A DNA stretch of 63,990 nt, the filler included, from Rhizaria sp. SCN 62-66 (lineage: Eukaryota), in assembly GCA_001724265.1 (NCBI GenBank). It is 4 parts of 4 records of this genome, joined end to end, with 100 filler letters (N's around TTAATTAATTAA, not from the genome) between each part and the next. Parts side by side here need not be neighbours in the genome. Positions count along the whole stretch, not along the records: positions 56,858 to 63,990 come from MEDY01000606.1; 3 more parts are not named here. One strand, given 5' to 3'. This document shows, in pieces, positions 61,133 through 63,990 of this stretch. Position 1 is the first letter of the stretch; every line of letters starts with the position of its first letter. Under the pieces are notes generated by a model. It saw only the letters and a list, made by a program, of their open reading frames with translations. It searched no databases and was not told the DNA's origin. The position numbers and the translations under genes are program-made.

Positions 61133-61274
61133 GGAGGGGGGGGGTGTCCACCATGAAAATACCTTATAGGGGTGCAGAATGTCCTCTTTTAGCAGCGGGG
61201 TTGGGACCATTCTTCTGAAACTCTCATCCCACCAAACAACCGCCCTCCAGAAGCTATGGTATGTATTCTAAACA

Positions 61275-63112
61275 CTACATTTCGACAGGAAGACAAAGAA
61301 CAAACTGAACAGCATCTTGAAGAAATTTTGGAATCTTGGTGAGCGTTTTGTTATCATTTCGGAGATAACTTTGGGAAGTGAATGACCGATAAATATCCGG
61401 TGGTACGACAAAAACGATCTTGGGAGCACTGACATAGTTCTTAAATGGAGTGATATGCGCAGACTTCAAGGGATGATGCTGGGAAACCGTCATCTGGAGA
61501 AGATAGTCCGGCGGTATAATGGAATCAAAAGCAGCAAAGGTAGCGATTCTTGGACGATAATATACCGTGTTGCTCTTGAAGGATACGTGCGCGACGTCTT
61601 CAAAGTACTGTTGCTTGCGGGGAGGTAAAATAACTTCTTCCTCAGAGTCGGTGGAAAGATTGCGCATTCTAAAATTCCCTCCTGCACATAATCTCGAATG
61701 AGCATACTGTTCAAAGAGTTGGCCACGCAATCCTGCCAACCGCCCTTCGCCCACAGCACCGTTGATAAACGAGATTGTTTCTACTCGCTCGCTTGTCAGA
61801 AAAAGGTCGAGCATCATCTCCGCAACGTATTTGGACGCAAACTCCACATGGGTATCAACGTAGCCTTTTTCGACCTTAAGGTGAAGCAGCGTATGCGACA
61901 AGTCGTCCTGGCCGTTAATTTCTCCAATACTAGCCTTACAGGAAGATAGGTTGCAGCTACCAGCAGCTGCCCGGAGCTTTCCCTTAAGTGCCTCATCCGT
62001 GAAATCGAGAGCCATTTGCAACACCATGCGAGGGATGCCTCCCCACATGCCAAACAGCCTCATCACACGAGCGTAATCAAGCGACTGGTAGAGCACGGCC
62101 CAACACAGACGAATCTCATCAAATGACCAAACGGGCATACAGTACTTAAAGGTACCCGGTTGCTTCAGATACTCATGGTAGACATGCTTACGTGGCGAGG
62201 TCACGATGACCGTACGGGCTTCGAATTCGCCAACTGCGTGAGCGTCGGCAATGTGCCACGTCTTGGGGTCATTCAGTTCGGTTTCAAAATCAAAAGCGTT
62301 AACAGATCCTAAGAGGCACGAGCCATCCGGACGCAGAAGGTAGCGCTTCCCCAAAAATAATCCGGACTTGTGGCCAGGGTCGGGCGGTTCGTAGACAACT
62401 GTGCAACCAGAAAGTCGAGCGCGCCAGAGAAGATACACTACAAACAACGTTTTGCCAATGCCAGGATTGCCGGTGAGAACAAACCGCGGAGCGACCGAAC
62501 TATACGGCAGGACAGTCTCGGCGAACAAACCATATAAATCTACGTAGCACTGACGGATGTATAGAGTAGAACCCAGGCGGCGACGTCCTAGAAGCCAGGT
62601 GCCATTCTTCATTTCAAGGAAAGTGTTCTTGGGTACTACGGTTGCGACTTGTCGTTCATCATTCTCGGGAGAAGTCGAAGCGCTATCCAGATGAAACCAA
62701 AATTGTGCTAGGGCTGTGTCATCTGGAGCGGCAGTGGATGGTGGCGGCGAAGCCAAGATTGTCACCTGCAGCGGATTTGTTATGCTGGTTTTTGGAGAGC
62801 TTATTTCCTGACCATAAGCAACTTCGTCATCATCATCCGTTGCTCCAAATAGCTTGAGCTGCGGGCAGGAACAAAGTGGAGAAAGCGGCAGACAGTTAGC
62901 GAAACCAAGCAACGTCAGCAAAAAACGGTCAAAAGTGCGCGCGAAAGAATGCGTACGTGGATGTTGGTGGTGCCGGGCTTTTTGCCGTCGCCAAAACAGT
63001 TTTCGTTAATGAACCTGCGGACATGCGCCCAAGTTACGTTTGACGGAAAATCAGCGTTGTCAGGTGTGTCGTTCAGTGTCCAGTACACGCGAACTTGCTC
63101 CTCGGCGCTCAT
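61275..63112 (-). CDS. Crinkler/RHS-type protein: N-terminal header + P-loop NTPase + restriction-endonuclease-like domain; exons 63112-62957 and 62858-61275
   Basis: GTACGC...CGCAG intron gives ..NIH|LKLF...NPLQV header; LYIRQCY; Walker A LTGNPGIGKT; TSP; YCMPVWSFDEI; WGGIPR; RGQLFEQYAH; YYRP...FAAFDS...QMTVSQHHP; QFVL end. Apparent stop is TAG. Confidence 0.85.
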
Positions 63113-63990
63113 CGTCGGACGCGGGGCAAGGGAAAGCGAAAATGACGTTCCCGCCGCCGGTAATCGAGACGATAATTTTAGAGACGTTTTCTTTCTTCAC
63201 GTTCATCAGTGCATCGCAGATCGGTGACGACGAGTCAGTTGCATGCCCGAGTCGAAGTATGGCGTTCGCTTTTTCCACATGCACAACGGTTTGGCTTGAC
63301 GTTCCTTTCTTCGCGTTATGAGGCTTTTAGCAGCGGATCGGTGACTTCATCTACGCAGCGATCCAACTCGATGTCGCTGGTGTCAGCGTTACTCCAGCGC
63401 ACCGCTGGCAGCTAGCCCTGGGGCCCAGCCGCTAAACTGTCTCGCCACTCTTCGCGCTTTTGCGGTCTTCATGTGGTCGAAGATGCAAAGGCACGGTCTA
63501 CCGTTTGATGATGCGGCGGGTGGCGTTGCCTGGGGCCACTCGTGTTGGACTGAATTTAAATGATTTTCGCCAGCTTTTTGTCTCTGTGCACGGCCACGCG
63601 CGCAAGCAAAGGGGGCCCACGTTGGTGCCAGCGTGCGGAGTGTGTGGTCTGACGTTTCAGCAGGGCGGACATCATTGTTGAGTGTTCACGGTTTCATCGA
63701 TGGCTGGAAAGTGGTGAAAAGTGACTCCACAGAATGCGCACGCGAACGGTGCTCTACGCTGAGCGGCAGCGAGCCTTGGTGGAGAGGGTTCGGGAAGCGC
63801 ATTCCCTCTTTGGCGAGGAAAATGACTGTTACTATGGAAGCTCCCCGCTCGCTCGCACTAAGCGCGTCCAACATCATTCGCTGGACATTCTCGCCGCAAA
63901 GTACAAACAACTGCACGTATCTGCGAGCCAGTTAAGCAACATGCACCAGTATGATTCTCTTTTGCGTTAGTTTGTTCAATTAGATATTTT

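Overview
Eukaryotic (protist-like) nuclear DNA with GC-rich exons and AT-richer introns and intergenic spacers. It consists of four contigs (1-25866, 25967-41601, 41702-56757, 56858-63990) artificially joined by 100-nt N44-TTAATTAATTAA-N44 linkers. Contigs 1-3 carry about 17 housekeeping-type genes: RPSA, TAP26/FYV7-like, MORN protein, giant PP4R1-like HEAT protein, SLC35F-type transporter, ISY1, mitochondrial HslV and HslU, SLC25 carrier, YbaK-RWD-YchF fusion, IPT/TIG membrane protein, DNAJC21, eIF4G, cyclophilin-like, DUF789 and COG8-like. Many are greatly inflated by Ala/Ser/Gly-rich insertions. Contig 4 is lower in GC and carries a Harbinger-like transposase fragment and a Crinkler-type NTPase-nuclease gene. 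The main finding is evidence for a non-standard nuclear genetic code in which TAG alone is a sense codon, most likely Gln. In-frame TAGs interrupt HslU, the YbaK domain, a coiled-coil ORF and probably the MORN gene, while all 15 gene ends I could locate on contigs 1-3 are TAA (7) or TGA (8). One apparent TAG stop on contig 4 is a counter-example that needs resolving. A second highlight is the YbaK tRNA-deacylase + RWD + OLA1/YchF fusion. All product calls come from motif recognition by eye; no database searches were run.
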